Positions 38,114 through 48,289 of a stretch of 64,000 bases of DNA are shown here, in pieces. Position 1 is the stretch's first letter. Each line of letters begins with the position of its first letter. The position numbers were made by a program, and so were the translations under genes. The stretch is from Candidatus Zhuqueibacterota bacterium. Its GTDB lineage: Bacteria > Zhuqueibacterota > Zhuqueibacteria > Thermofontimicrobiales > Thermofontimicrobiaceae. The notes beneath the pieces were generated by a model. That model ran no database searches. It was not told where the DNA came from and saw only the letters and a program-made list of their open reading frames with translations. The stretch spans positions 1-64,000 of the forward strand of contig JBMOPW010000004.1 of assembly GCA_049322915.1 (NCBI GenBank), in the 5' to 3' direction.

Positions 38114-41072
38114 GATCTGTTTCCCTTTGGCTTGCTGGCACAATCTTCGTGTTATTTGAATTGCCGGAACTGTTCAGGCCTGTGCCCAGCCCCAGTTCGA
38201 TAATTAATTTTTCCATTCGCTGCTTGCTATTTTCTACCCATTCGTTTTGAATGTTGTTCTTTTCAGCGCTGGCAACGTTGGCTTTGTAATATTCAAGCGC
38301 TTTTCTTTTCAATGGAATTACCTGCTGTTCATTCAATTTGAGCATGTATTCCTTTTTTTCCTGAGGATTCAGTTCGTCCGGTGTGGGCGAATTCAATACT
38401 GCCTCTGCCAGATTCTCAACGGTTATCCCTGATTTATAGAGAGCCGCAGTCGTCCAGTCCGCGACTTTGAATTTGCCGGCGTTGCCATATTCATTCAAAA
38501 CCACCTTGAGCAATTGGGTCTTTTTATTGAACGACACATCCAGCGGTGGAACAATTTGTACGGCCTTATATTTTTCAAAATTAATCTCAGCGATCATGTA
38601 CTGCGCCTTAGCCGGGATATATTCATCCACTTGTTTTCGGGCTGTTCTGAACTCTTTAAATTTAGTAATGACTTCACCAAATTCCTTCAACGCGTTGGTC
38701 GTACTCCCCTGGTTATGGGAAATCTCAGCAATATTGTAGAGGCTTTCGATATATTCATCCGGGTCGTCCAGCGGATATTCATTGACATATCGCTGGTACG
38801 TTTCTTTCGCTTTGTTCATCAGTTTCATCTGCTCGTAGCACTTGGCCGCATAGAGTAACGCGCTCGGAGCAAACTTGGACCTGGGATGCAGTTGAACCAT
38901 TTTGATATAGTTGTCAGAAGCGCGAACGAAGTTTTGCATCTTTTCATAAAGCAAGCCGGATTTGACATAGAGCTCATCGACAAATGAAATATTCGGCTGC
39001 TCATCAATCATCCGTTCGTACGATTTCACTGCTTTATCCAGATCGCCGGCTTGCTCAAATTGACCGGCAGCTTGTGTGAGCGCTGCTTTGGCAATTTCAG
39101 GATCCGATGTGTTAAAGGCAATGGTCAAAAATTTCACTGCCGCTTTTGTGGATTCCCCGGTGTCGCGCATCTGCTCGGCAAGTTTGAAATTTGCCGAAGC
39201 GACCATCGTCCTGGCCTTTTTGACATACTGCGTGGAGTCAGGGAAAGCGACGGCGATTTTATTGAACCACTTTTCCGATTCCTGATAATCCTTCAATTTG
39301 AAATAGGTCTGGGCGACCATGTTCATGGCCTGACCATAATAGGGGCTATCTTTGAATTTATCGTCGGCGACTTTCTCGTACGTCCTGGCAGCGAGACGCC
39401 ACTGCTGAAGCTCATACAACGTTTCGGCATATTTCATCAGCACTTCAATGAGGTTTTTGCTGTCGGGCAGATTTTTCACAAAGTCGTTGCAGGCTTTCAG
39501 TAAATTTGCCTGAGTCTCACAACTCACCTTGACCGGCGTGAGCGCGCCGCCACTGGCCAGGAAATCTTCGATATAGAACGTCAGCGAATCCTTTTTCGAA
39601 ACGGTCTTGAGCAATTGATAATAGGATAGAATGCGATTATATGCAGCAGCGTCCTTGTATTCTGTGCTATCGTAGAGCGTCATGACATTATCATACTCGA
39701 CCGCGGCTTTATCATATTCTTCGATGGAATAATAACATTCGGCCAGGTAGTAGTTCACCTTGGCGGCATTTTTTCCATGCTTGAATTTGTTCAGAAAATC
39801 TTCATATTTTTGAATGGCGATTTGATACTCGCGCTTCCTGTTTTTCTCCTGAGCCTGTGTCTGATAATAGGTCCCCAAAGAGAAAAGCATTTCCTCGGAG
39901 AGTTCAATGGCGTCGTTTCGCACTTTGCCTTCAGGATAATTGTTGATCCACTGGCTGTTAGGCCCGTATTTTTCAACGAACACGTCCTTCGCCTGAATCG
40001 CCTTTTCTTCCTCCATGTCCTTTTCGTAGCATTGAATGATCTCTTTTTGAATGAGCGGCGCCTGTGGATAAAGCGGGAAAAGCGCTAACAGGCTCTCGTA
40101 TGTTTGAATCGCCTCGGTGAAGAAATTTCGCTTCTTGTAGATTTCACTCATTCTGAGAAATACTTCGACGGAATAGCTCTGCGTGTCTTTCGCTGAGAAA
40201 AGCTTTTTTGCAGTCTCCGGGCCGCCGTATTCAGTCAGCGAATGGGCGATATATTCGATGGCCTCGTTCCGCACGTCTGCTTTGGTTTTCCCCAGAAGCT
40301 CGGTGTTCATGCTCTCGAGAAGTGAAATATCGCTGATTAAATAGATGTACGTGCTGATGGCATTGGAATAGTCATTGATATTGAAATATGCCCAACCCAT
40401 TTTATATAATGCCATATTGAAATAGGGATCGTTCCAGTGCTCCAAAAGGTAACTATAATGCTCGATGGCCTTGTGAAAATCGCGCTGGTTAAAAAAATGT
40501 TCGCCGAGTCGAAAATGGCCTTCTGAAATTTTAGCGCTCTGCGGCGTTTCAAACAACAGCCGCTGGAAATACTCTTTGGCTTTCTCCTGGTTCCCCTCGT
40601 CCAGGTGGCAGATGGCCAGCCGATACAACACTTTATCTTTAAATTGGATGTCCGGGTATTTTTCCAGTAACTGATAGCACAATTCAATCGTCTGCTTGTA
40701 GCTGACCCGCGGCAAGAAGGGTTCAGTCAGAATTTCGCCTTTTTCAAATTTGGTGATTTCCGTGTCGTATGTTTTCATGAATTGTTTGAATTCAAATTGG
40801 GACTTGCTGGCATGGGACTCAGCCAGCTCGAACAGCATGAATGGAATGAACGGTTCATCCGGATATTGTTCGATGATTTTGATATGATGGTCAATCGTCT
40901 TCGACAAGCCCTCAATATCGATGGAAGCGGTTGTATCCGCTAATTCATATTTCTGATTGGGTCGATAATTTTTCGACTTGCCGGCGCTGTTCTGCGCCTG
41001 ACTATTTTGAAAAACAACCCCTATCATTAAAAATGTAAATATGCTAATAGACTGAATTCGTGTTACTTTCAT
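38106..41072 (-). CDS. Large exported TPR protein, GltD/AgmU-like
   Basis: Signal peptide, many TPRs, ALYKMGWAYFN, C-terminal WTTAALY..PTPDELN..Y..L..KA..NEW. Confidence 0.75.
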   Translation of the reverse strand: MKVTRIQSISIFTFLMIGVVFQNSQAQNSAGKSKNYRPNQKYELADTTASIDIEGLSKTIDHHIKIIEQYPDEPFIPFMLFELAESHASKSQFEFKQFMKTYDTEITKFEKGEILTEPFLPRVSYKQTIELCYQLLEKYPDIQFKDKVLYRLAICHLDEGNQEKAKEYFQRLLFETPQSAKISEGHFRLGEHFFNQRDFHKAIEHYSYLLEHWNDPYFNMALYKMGWAYFNINDYSNAISTYIYLISDISLLESMNTELLGKTKADVRNEAIEYIAHSLTEYGGPETAKKLFSAKDTQSYSVEVFLRMSEIYKKRNFFTEAIQTYESLLALFPLYPQAPLIQKEIIQCYEKDMEEEKAIQAKDVFVEKYGPNSQWINNYPEGKVRNDAIELSEEMLFSLGTYYQTQAQEKNRKREYQIAIQKYEDFLNKFKHGKNAAKVNYYLAECYYSIEEYDKAAVEYDNVMTLYDSTEYKDAAAYNRILSYYQLLKTVSKKDSLTFYIEDFLASGGALTPVKVSCETQANLLKACNDFVKNLPDSKNLIEVLMKYAETLYELQQWRLAARTYEKVADDKFKDSPYYGQAMNMVAQTYFKLKDYQESEKWFNKIAVAFPDSTQYVKKARTMVASANFKLAEQMRDTGESTKAAVKFLTIAFNTSDPEIAKAALTQAAGQFEQAGDLDKAVKSYERMIDEQPNISFVDELYVKSGLLYEKMQNFVRASDNYIKMVQLHPRSKFAPSALLYAAKCYEQMKLMNKAKETYQRYVNEYPLDDPDEYIESLYNIAEISHNQGSTTNALKEFGEVITKFKEFRTARKQVDEYIPAKAQYMIAEINFEKYKAVQIVPPLDVSFNKKTQLLKVVLNEYGNAGKFKVADWTTAALYKSGITVENLAEAVLNSPTPDELNPQEKKEYMLKLNEQQVIPLKRKALEYYKANVASAEKNNIQNEWVENSKQRMEKLIIELGLGTGLNSSGNSNNTKIVPASQRETDHD

Positions 41073-41096
41073 ATCCCCGTTGTCCAGTTGAATGAA

Positions 41097-42548
41097 TTAT
41101 TTTCCCTGAGCTTTTAATTCCATTTGCTTGAGGAACATTGCCCGTGACGTTCCGTACTCAGCGTATCCACGCCAGTTTTTCCGACGCTCTCTGCGCTCGG
41201 CTAATTTTTTGAGTGAATTAATATTATCCTGCATAAGAAGCAGATTATCTTTTTCACCTAACAGATTCTTTATCAGTTGCTCTCTGAAATCTCTCAGTTC
41301 TTTTTTCTCTTCGATCAAATAATGAGGCACATTCTCGCCGTACCCATTCATTGCGATGGCGTCTAACAGTTTGGTCTCCTCGATCAGGACTTTCACTTTG
41401 AGTTTTTCGACTCGATCTTCTTCGATTTCCAGACCGCTGTTTACCTTCTTGATGATATTGGGCACTTGAAAATCGTCCGGGTAATTTTCGACAATCGTTT
41501 GATACGATGTTATGGCTTCATCATATTGTCCCAGAGCAATGTTCGCCTGGCCCAAAAGAAAGTAGGCTTCTTCAGCATTTTCACTATCCGGGTACAGCTC
41601 GATCAATTTTTCCAGATATTTGATAACGTTCTCGTTGTCCTCTACTTTGAGATAGCACCAGCCTAAACCCAACAGAGCGTCCTGGTAATGTTCATGCCTG
41701 TCGGAAATCCCTAAGAATAATTTTGTGGCTGGCTTGAATGCGTTCAATTCATAATACATGAATCCCAATGTCAACCGGGCATTATCAATAATATTCCGTC
41801 TTTCCCCGCTGATGTTTGGCAGAACGATGATTTTGCGCAAATAGTCAATCGCAACAGAGACGTTTGATTTCTTCAAATATGCCAGAGCTGTGTTATACAG
41901 CGCCGCATCATAGTAGCTACTATGGCTATCAATTTTCTTGAGCAAGCTGATTGCCATATCATAATTTTTCAGATTGAAGTGACTCTGGCCGGCAAAATAG
42001 CTGGCCGCGTTAAGTAATTCTTTATCTTCGGGTGTTCTTTTTACCAGTGCAAAATAAACGCGCAGCGCCTGTTTATAGTCACTCTGATGAAAATAGGCTT
42101 TTTCCAGTCCAAGTAATGCCGCCGGAACCATGGGGCTCTTGGGAAATTTCTTGAGGAGATAGGCAAACATACGAGTGGATGCCACACCCAATTCCTCTTC
42201 AAAAAGACACTGACCCAGGTAATAAACCACTTCATCCAGTTTTTCATACGACGAATGGTAATCCATCAGGATTATCAGCTCGCGGGCGCAATCCCAGTAC
42301 GCGCCCTCTTTATAAAGCTCAATGCTGCTGCGAAGAATCTGATTTGCGGCATGCTCAATTTCCTTATCAATCTTCTTTTCGCTGTGTGATGGGTTTGGAT
42401 CTTGTGTGTCTGAAGCAAAATTCGTTCCTGAACTATGCGCCAGGACAGCTATATTAAATACGAATATTATGTTTAATGCATACACACTAACTCTTAAATA
42501 TTTTAATGTTTTGGGCATCTTCATGAGGGGCAAAAACCTGGTTGTCAT
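41097..42548 (-). CDS. Exported TPR protein with C-terminal coiled coil, GltC-like
   Basis: TPRs, ARLTLGFMYYE, ALLGLGWCY; lies upstream of the GltD-like gene. Confidence 0.65.
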   Translation of the reverse strand: MTTRFLPLMKMPKTLKYLRVSVYALNIIFVFNIAVLAHSSGTNFASDTQDPNPSHSEKKIDKEIEHAANQILRSSIELYKEGAYWDCARELIILMDYHSSYEKLDEVVYYLGQCLFEEELGVASTRMFAYLLKKFPKSPMVPAALLGLEKAYFHQSDYKQALRVYFALVKRTPEDKELLNAASYFAGQSHFNLKNYDMAISLLKKIDSHSSYYDAALYNTALAYLKKSNVSVAIDYLRKIIVLPNISGERRNIIDNARLTLGFMYYELNAFKPATKLFLGISDRHEHYQDALLGLGWCYLKVEDNENVIKYLEKLIELYPDSENAEEAYFLLGQANIALGQYDEAITSYQTIVENYPDDFQVPNIIKKVNSGLEIEEDRVEKLKVKVLIEETKLLDAIAMNGYGENVPHYLIEEKKELRDFREQLIKNLLGEKDNLLLMQDNINSLKKLAERRERRKNWRGYAEYGTSRAMFLKQMELKAQGK

Positions 42549-42550
42549 TG

Positions 42551-43585
42551 TTACTTCTTCTCTTCTTGTTTTTTATCGAGAATATTTTTCATATTCTTGA
42601 GATCTTCATTTGCTTTTTCACGGCGCTTCCGAATTTCCTCCAGCTTCTCCAACTCTTCTTTTTGTTTCTGGCGTTCAAGCTTGGATGTCTTGTCAAAATA
42701 TTTGAAGACAGAAAATCGATGGGTCACCCCAACAGCGACTTTCCACGTGAAATATTCTTTATGAAACACGTCTTGATTTTTCAGAGAATCATAATCTGTG
42801 AAAGCAAAATCAAAGGCAATGTCAATTGTATTTTTCCATGGTCCCAAAAATTTTACACCTGGAGTAATTCGCATGGAATTTTGATTGAATGGCACGAGAT
42901 CGGAATTGTTAGTGAATATTTCCCCGGAGTATTCTGTATAAAATTGGAGTGAGCGAATCGAAAATTTGAAGCCCGAACCAATGAACAACTGGTCAATGTC
43001 CGCTTGAAAATAACGATCATAAATGCTATGATCGATGTAGCCAACATTGAAATTCCACATGAGCGGAAAATTAGGGAATAGTTTGATGAAATCGAGCGAC
43101 AACAGAGCTCGTAACTCCCATGCAGGTTTCGATGAGGAAAAAATTTCGTACGGAACGTTGGGAACTTCGGCCGTCGGAAATTTGTAATAGCCCATTAAAC
43201 CCAGTTTAAAACCGTCTGTAGACAAGGGAGTCAAATATTTTAAACCGAGTTTTGTGTCGCCAATTCGTCCTAAAATATGGTACTGATCATCCTGATAAGG
43301 CACGAAATTGGCGATGAGCTCCAGATAGTGGGCTAATCCCACGGTTGCATGTAAATTGACCGCATAATATTTAGCCAACTGCTCCGGCCCTGTCTGCTCA
43401 AAGAAAGTAGAAATATTAGCTCCTACAAATATATCGGTCGGATTGACCGGCTCGGCTGATAATACTCTCCATAATCCCTTTCCCCCGAACATTGAGACTT
43501 GAGAATATACTTTTTCTGAGAAACTGAAAAATACCAATGCGATGATAAAGATGATGAAAGTATTTCTCTTCAATGCGCTACCCAT
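42551..43585 (-). CDS. Outer-membrane beta-barrel-like protein with C-terminal coiled coil
   Basis: Signal peptide, GGKGLWRVLSA, GDTKLGLKY, amphipathic strands, charged helical tail; first gene of the operon. Confidence 0.6.
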   Translation of the reverse strand: MGSALKRNTFIIFIIALVFFSFSEKVYSQVSMFGGKGLWRVLSAEPVNPTDIFVGANISTFFEQTGPEQLAKYYAVNLHATVGLAHYLELIANFVPYQDDQYHILGRIGDTKLGLKYLTPLSTDGFKLGLMGYYKFPTAEVPNVPYEIFSSSKPAWELRALLSLDFIKLFPNFPLMWNFNVGYIDHSIYDRYFQADIDQLFIGSGFKFSIRSLQFYTEYSGEIFTNNSDLVPFNQNSMRITPGVKFLGPWKNTIDIAFDFAFTDYDSLKNQDVFHKEYFTWKVAVGVTHRFSVFKYFDKTSKLERQKQKEELEKLEEIRKRREKANEDLKNMKNILDKKQEEKK

Positions 43586-44261
43586 GATTAAATTAAATTG
43601 ATTTTGAACCTATGATGAATTAAATAAAAATTTTAAAGGAAGTAAACAATCGAAATTTAATATAAATGACCTTTAATTGCAAGGACATTTTTAGTAATTA
43701 ATTCTTAAAAATGTTTAAATTAACTAATATGGTAATTTACAAAAAATTAACAATATAGATTTTAGGATTAAAAATGGTTAGCCTCCAGCTTGCAAGAGAA
43801 AATTGTGGCCATATTCAGTATCCTGTTTTTTGATCATATTGTTTAATTTATGGTTAAGAATGAGTTAGATATTTTTTCAAAATTAATGTATTGTTAATCA
43901 ATTATTATGCCACAAAAAATATACAAGGCTTTTTTTTGCAATACTTGTATTTCTTTGAAATTTAAAGAATTGGTGATGAAGTAAATGTTACAGGAAAAAT
44001 TCATTTCTCAGGCCGCCAGAGAGGTACTGCTTCAAATTGATACAATCAGGAGAGGTTGTCTTGATTTGATTAAAAATTTTCAAATTAGTAATTGCGTGAG
44101 TGCCTGTAATGTTTTAAATTATCTTTCACTGCGAATGAGTTTTTCATACCCATTTCATTCTGATATATAAAGTACATAAATGTAATTTCGTCGACAGGCA
44201 TTGTCCGAACTCGAAAGAAATGTGAATGGGTAGTTTATTGAAAAAAACTTCAGAAGTTATG

Positions 44262-44289
44262 CAAACCATTTTTCGATTGTTGTGTCTAA
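44262..44289 (+). promoter_or_regulatory. Putative autoregulatory ECF sigma promoter
   Basis: CAAACC-16 bp T-rich spacer-GTCTAA, about 25 bp upstream of the ECF gene. Confidence 0.5.
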
Positions 44290-44313
44290 CTATTCGGATT
44301 CAAGGAATGACGG

Positions 44314-44889
44314 ATGGAGAAGAGCGAAAAACTGTTAATTCTGAAAGCACAGCGCGGTAGCCAGAGCGCGTTCGAATCGCTGGTAGCCAATTATGATGCT
44401 CGAGTACTGGGCTTAATCTATTCCATGTTGAATAATTGGGAAGATGCACGCGACGTGTACCAGGATGTGTTTTTAAAAGTCTTCAAGTCCATAGGTAATT
44501 TTCGATTTCAGAGTGAGTTTTACACCTGGCTCTACCGAATTGTTGTGAATGAGTGCATCAATTACAGAAGAAAGAGATCACAAAAAATGCACGATTCTAT
44601 CGATGATGTGGTGGAACAGATGGAGAGTGATTTGAAATTCGTGCATGATGAAGTAATTTCCAATCCGGAGCGGAACATGCTCGAAAAAGAATTACAACGC
44701 GAAATCAGTCAGGGCATTGAACATTTGTCGCCGAAACAAAAAGCCGTGTTTACATTGCGGCATTACCACGGTTATAAATTGTCAGAGATCGCTGAGATTA
44801 TGAACTGCTCTGAAGGGACGATAAAAAATTACCTGTTCCGGGCCCTTCAAAAGATGAAGGAACAGTTGCGTGACTATTATCAAAATTGA
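44314..44889 (+). CDS. ECF RNA polymerase sigma factor
   Basis: DARDVYQDVFLK, FYTWLYRIVVN, LSPKQKAVFTLR, EIAEIMNCSEGTIK. Confidence 0.95.
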   Translation: MEKSEKLLILKAQRGSQSAFESLVANYDARVLGLIYSMLNNWEDARDVYQDVFLKVFKSIGNFRFQSEFYTWLYRIVVNECINYRRKRSQKMHDSIDDVVEQMESDLKFVHDEVISNPERNMLEKELQREISQGIEHLSPKQKAVFTLRHYHGYKLSEIAEIMNCSEGTIKNYLFRALQKMKEQLRDYYQN

Positions 44890-44899
44890 ATGGTGAATC

Positions 44900-45847
44900 A
44901 TGAAGAGCTGCAAACATTTCAGGAATATGATATGGCTCAGGATATATGGGGAGCTTTCCGAGCAGGAGAATGCTGAACTCGCTGAGCACATTGCGCAGTG
45001 CACCTCATGCCAGTTGGATTATGAAGAAGCGCTGAGTATGAACAAGGTTTTGGATAAGAAAATCCAGTACGCCCCGGATGAAAATGTGCTGAAAGAATTG
45101 CGGAATGATCTCCATTTACGGCTATTGTCGGTCAGGAAGCCGAACCGACAGATCGCCTGGACTGAACGACTCTGGCGCATTATTTCACTTGATTTTTCGC
45201 CCTTCATTAGAATGGGAACGGCTGTTGCTTTAGTGATCGTTGGAATGTTCATCGGCAGCAAGTATTTTCAGATGAAAGGTGGCAGTCCTGATGCGCTAAA
45301 AAAAGTATCGGATAATTCAATCCCGAAAGTGACCGGCGTTGAATTCATAGATTTTAATCCGGCGACACATCAGATTGAAATCACCTTCAATACGATGCAG
45401 GATGTCACTGTGGAAGGTGATCTGAATACGCCCGAGATTCAGAAAATATTAGCTCAGATGCTGATGGCTGACAATAGGCCAAATTTCAAGCTACGGACAG
45501 TGAGGGCGCTGGAGAGCAGCGCGCGCCTGGAAAATGATGTGCTTCAGGCTCTGGCGACGCTCGTTGAGACAGATGAGAATCCGGGCATTCGCTTGAAAGC
45601 GATGAAAGTGCTGACGGCCGCGCCCGTAACGCCCAAGATGAAAAATCTAATGACAAAAGTAGCCGTCAAAGTGTTGTTAAATGATACCAATTCCGCAATG
45701 CGAATAGAAGCGTTCAATTACCTCGGCAGGATCAATAACGGTTACATGGAATCTGATGTGTGCCATGCAGTAAAAGCAGATTCGTCCGAGTATATCCGAA
45801 CCAAATCATCGCATCTTTTGGATCGAAGAGAAAATCCACAATTTTAA
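44900..45847 (+). CDS. Anti-sigma factor (zf-HC2, TM, HEAT-like repeats)
   Basis: HIAQCTSC (HxxxCxxC), TM helix, DENPGIRLKAM and DTNSAMRIEA repeats. Confidence 0.85.
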   Translation: MKSCKHFRNMIWLRIYGELSEQENAELAEHIAQCTSCQLDYEEALSMNKVLDKKIQYAPDENVLKELRNDLHLRLLSVRKPNRQIAWTERLWRIISLDFSPFIRMGTAVALVIVGMFIGSKYFQMKGGSPDALKKVSDNSIPKVTGVEFIDFNPATHQIEITFNTMQDVTVEGDLNTPEIQKILAQMLMADNRPNFKLRTVRALESSARLENDVLQALATLVETDENPGIRLKAMKVLTAAPVTPKMKNLMTKVAVKVLLNDTNSAMRIEAFNYLGRINNGYMESDVCHAVKADSSEYIRTKSSHLLDRRENPQF

Positions 45848-45887
45848 TAAACCACATGTTACATAAATCGAATTGGAGGAACAAACC

Positions 45888-47150
45888 ATGAGAAACAAAT
45901 TCATTATCGTGCTGTTGCTTGGATTTCTTCTGCCCGTCTTAGTGGTCGCGCAGGAATTGAAGAAGGAAGATAAATACTATGTGGCTGATATCACAAAGGA
46001 ATTCGATGTCTCCGGAGGCGGGAATCTCATCATGGAGAAAATTCGCGGCGATGTCTATGTGACCACCTGGGACAACGCAAAAGTGAAGATCCACGAAATC
46101 CGAAAAATGGATGTGTACACGAAAGAGGAGGCCAACGCGCTGTTAAAAGAAAGCGCCACAATTTACAAACAAGAAGGCAATACCATTAAAATTGGAACAG
46201 GGAATGAATACCGGTCATACATGCAAAGTCGCTTTGAAATCACCCTGCCGAGGGAATTCAATGTCACAATCGGCACAAGTGGAGGTGATATTTCGGTGTC
46301 TGATTTGCGCGGGAAAGTGATCCTGAAAACCTCGGGTGGCGACATTGAGCTGCTGGCAATCGATGGTGAGGTCGAGGCTACTACGTCCGGTGGCGACGTG
46401 ACTGTAAAAAAGAATACACAAATGGTAACGATCAAAACATCCGGCGGTGACATTGAGATTATCGACGTCGAAGGAGCGGTTGAAGCCCATACATCCGGCG
46501 GCGATATTGTCGTCAAGAATAACAAGGCCATTGTCAATGTCGCCACGTCCGGTGGGGATATTGAGCTATTTGATGTCGGTGAAAAAATTTCAGCTCGCAC
46601 GTCCGGTGGAGATATTCTGGTTGATGGGACCAAAGGCAGCCTGAATGTTTCAACTTCTGGCGGTGACGTCACACTAAAAAATATTGGTGATGTGATAGAT
46701 GCTGGCACGTCCGGCGGAGATATTGAAGCGGATAATGTGAAAAACGGTATCAGTGCAAAGACTTCCGGCGGTGATATTAGCCTGGTTAATATTCAGGGAT
46801 ATATTGAAGCACAGACATCCGGCGGCGATGTGGATGCCGAGATGCAGTTGACTGATTTTTCGAAAGATCATCATGTGGAAATTGGCTCTTCCGGAGGTGA
46901 TATCACGCTGTATATTCCTGAAAATCTTCCGGCTACCATCAATGCGGAAATCAAACTCAGCGATTCATCCATGCGCGATTACAATATCTATTCAGACTTC
47001 TCCATAAAAATCGAAAAAAGCGATGATACTGAAAAGGGAAATCGGCGTCGCAATGAAGTGATTCATGGACAGGGTAAAATCAACGGCGGCGGCGATTTAA
47101 TCCAATTGACTACTTCCAATGGAAATATTAACATCAAAAAATTGAGATAA
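45888..47150 (+). CDS. DUF4097-family beta-solenoid exported protein
   Basis: Signal peptide; TSGGD repeats; C-terminal INGGG..LTTSNGNI. Confidence 0.85.
   Translation: MRNKFIIVLLLGFLLPVLVVAQELKKEDKYYVADITKEFDVSGGGNLIMEKIRGDVYVTTWDNAKVKIHEIRKMDVYTKEEANALLKESATIYKQEGNTIKIGTGNEYRSYMQSRFEITLPREFNVTIGTSGGDISVSDLRGKVILKTSGGDIELLAIDGEVEATTSGGDVTVKKNTQMVTIKTSGGDIEIIDVEGAVEAHTSGGDIVVKNNKAIVNVATSGGDIELFDVGEKISARTSGGDILVDGTKGSLNVSTSGGDVTLKNIGDVIDAGTSGGDIEADNVKNGISAKTSGGDISLVNIQGYIEAQTSGGDVDAEMQLTDFSKDHHVEIGSSGGDITLYIPENLPATINAEIKLSDSSMRDYNIYSDFSIKIEKSDDTEKGNRRRNEVIHGQGKINGGGDLIQLTTSNGNINIKKLR
46275..46868 (+). repeat. Intragenic 54-bp (18-aa) tandem repeat, 11 TSGGD units
   Basis: TSGGD codons start at 46275, 46329 ... 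46815. Confidence 0.9.
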
Positions 47151-47178
47151 TTCGAACCGTACTTTTGATGTCCACCTG

Positions 47179-47212
47179 AAAGGGAGATATGGAATCCATA
47201 CCTCCCTTTTTT
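47179..47212 (+). terminator. Intrinsic terminator
   Basis: AGGGAG-ATATGGA-A-TCCATAC-CTCCCT followed by a T tract. Confidence 0.75.
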
Positions 47213-47322
47213 AATGGCTTGACTCATAATAGTTTTTTCGCTATATTATCACCGTGAAAATCATCCGGCAGAGTAGGGGGACAATATAGCTGGAGTTCAA
47301 TTTTTTGTATGAGGTAGCACCG

Positions 47323-48273
47323 ATGAACGATGTGCAACGTGTCATTGTAACCGGGGGTTCTGGCTTTATTGGGAGAATGTTGTGTCAAGCGCTGATTGAA
47401 AAGAATTATGAAGTCATTGTCCTGACGCGCTCTGAGCAAAATACTCAGCAAAGATTGGGGGACCGGGTCCGCGTGCGACAATGGGATGGCGCATCGCCAG
47501 AGCCGGTAGCTGATTTGCTCCATAAGCAAGTGGCGATCATAAATCTGATTGGCGAGAATATTGGTTCCGGCCGGTGGAGCGCTGCGAAGTTGAAACGAAT
47601 CATCGACAGCCGCGTGTCTGCCGGAAAGGCCATCACCGAGGCCATCCGCGAAAGCAATCGAAAACCGGCAGTCCTGGTGCAGGCTTCGGGCATCGGATAT
47701 TATGGCAATCAGGGCGATATTTTACTGAACGAGAATTCGCCATCGAAACCATCGACGCTGACAGATATCGCCACGCAATGGGAACAGTCTGTGGCGGCGA
47801 TCCCGGGCATGGGAGTCCGCTTGGCCATTTTCCGGCTTGGCGTTGTTCTGGCCGGGCATGGAGGATTTTTGTCCCGGGTGATGTTGCCATTCAAGTTCTT
47901 CCTGGGAGGTCATCAGGGAAGCGGAGAGCAGTGGATTTCATGGATTCATCTGAATGATGTGGTTCAGGGGATTTTGTACCTGTTGGAAGACCCGAAGCTC
48001 AGCGGCATTTTCAACCTCACGTCGAATTCGCCGGTCAAAGCCAGGGAATTTTATCGCGTACTGGGCGAGGCGATGAATCGGCCTTCCTGGCTGCACGTCC
48101 CTGGATTTGCCATGCGCCTGCTGTTGGGAAAAATGGCCGACGAGCTGATACTCACAGGTCAGCGAGCGGTTCCGAAGCGTATGCTCGAAGCCGGATTTCA
48201 GTTTGAATTCGGGGATTTGAAACAGGCTCTGACGCATGTGCTGAGTCCCGCAGACTCGGTCAAACCAAGGTGA
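47323..48273 (+). CDS. TIGR01777-family NAD-dependent epimerase (YfcH-like)
   Basis: TGGSGFIG, ASGIGYYG, GEQWISWIH motifs. Confidence 0.92.
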   Translation: MNDVQRVIVTGGSGFIGRMLCQALIEKNYEVIVLTRSEQNTQQRLGDRVRVRQWDGASPEPVADLLHKQVAIINLIGENIGSGRWSAAKLKRIIDSRVSAGKAITEAIRESNRKPAVLVQASGIGYYGNQGDILLNENSPSKPSTLTDIATQWEQSVAAIPGMGVRLAIFRLGVVLAGHGGFLSRVMLPFKFFLGGHQGSGEQWISWIHLNDVVQGILYLLEDPKLSGIFNLTSNSPVKAREFYRVLGEAMNRPSWLHVPGFAMRLLLGKMADELILTGQRAVPKRMLEAGFQFEFGDLKQALTHVLSPADSVKPR

Positions 48274-48289
48274 TTGCAGCGATACGTAT

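Noticed and set aside
43985..44170. 61-aa ORF in the AT-rich gap
   Set aside because: No motif or convincing RBS; probably spurious.
46275..46868. Regular repeats resembling a CRISPR array
   Set aside because: In-frame 54-bp coding repeats with synonymous variation; no unique spacers or cas genes.
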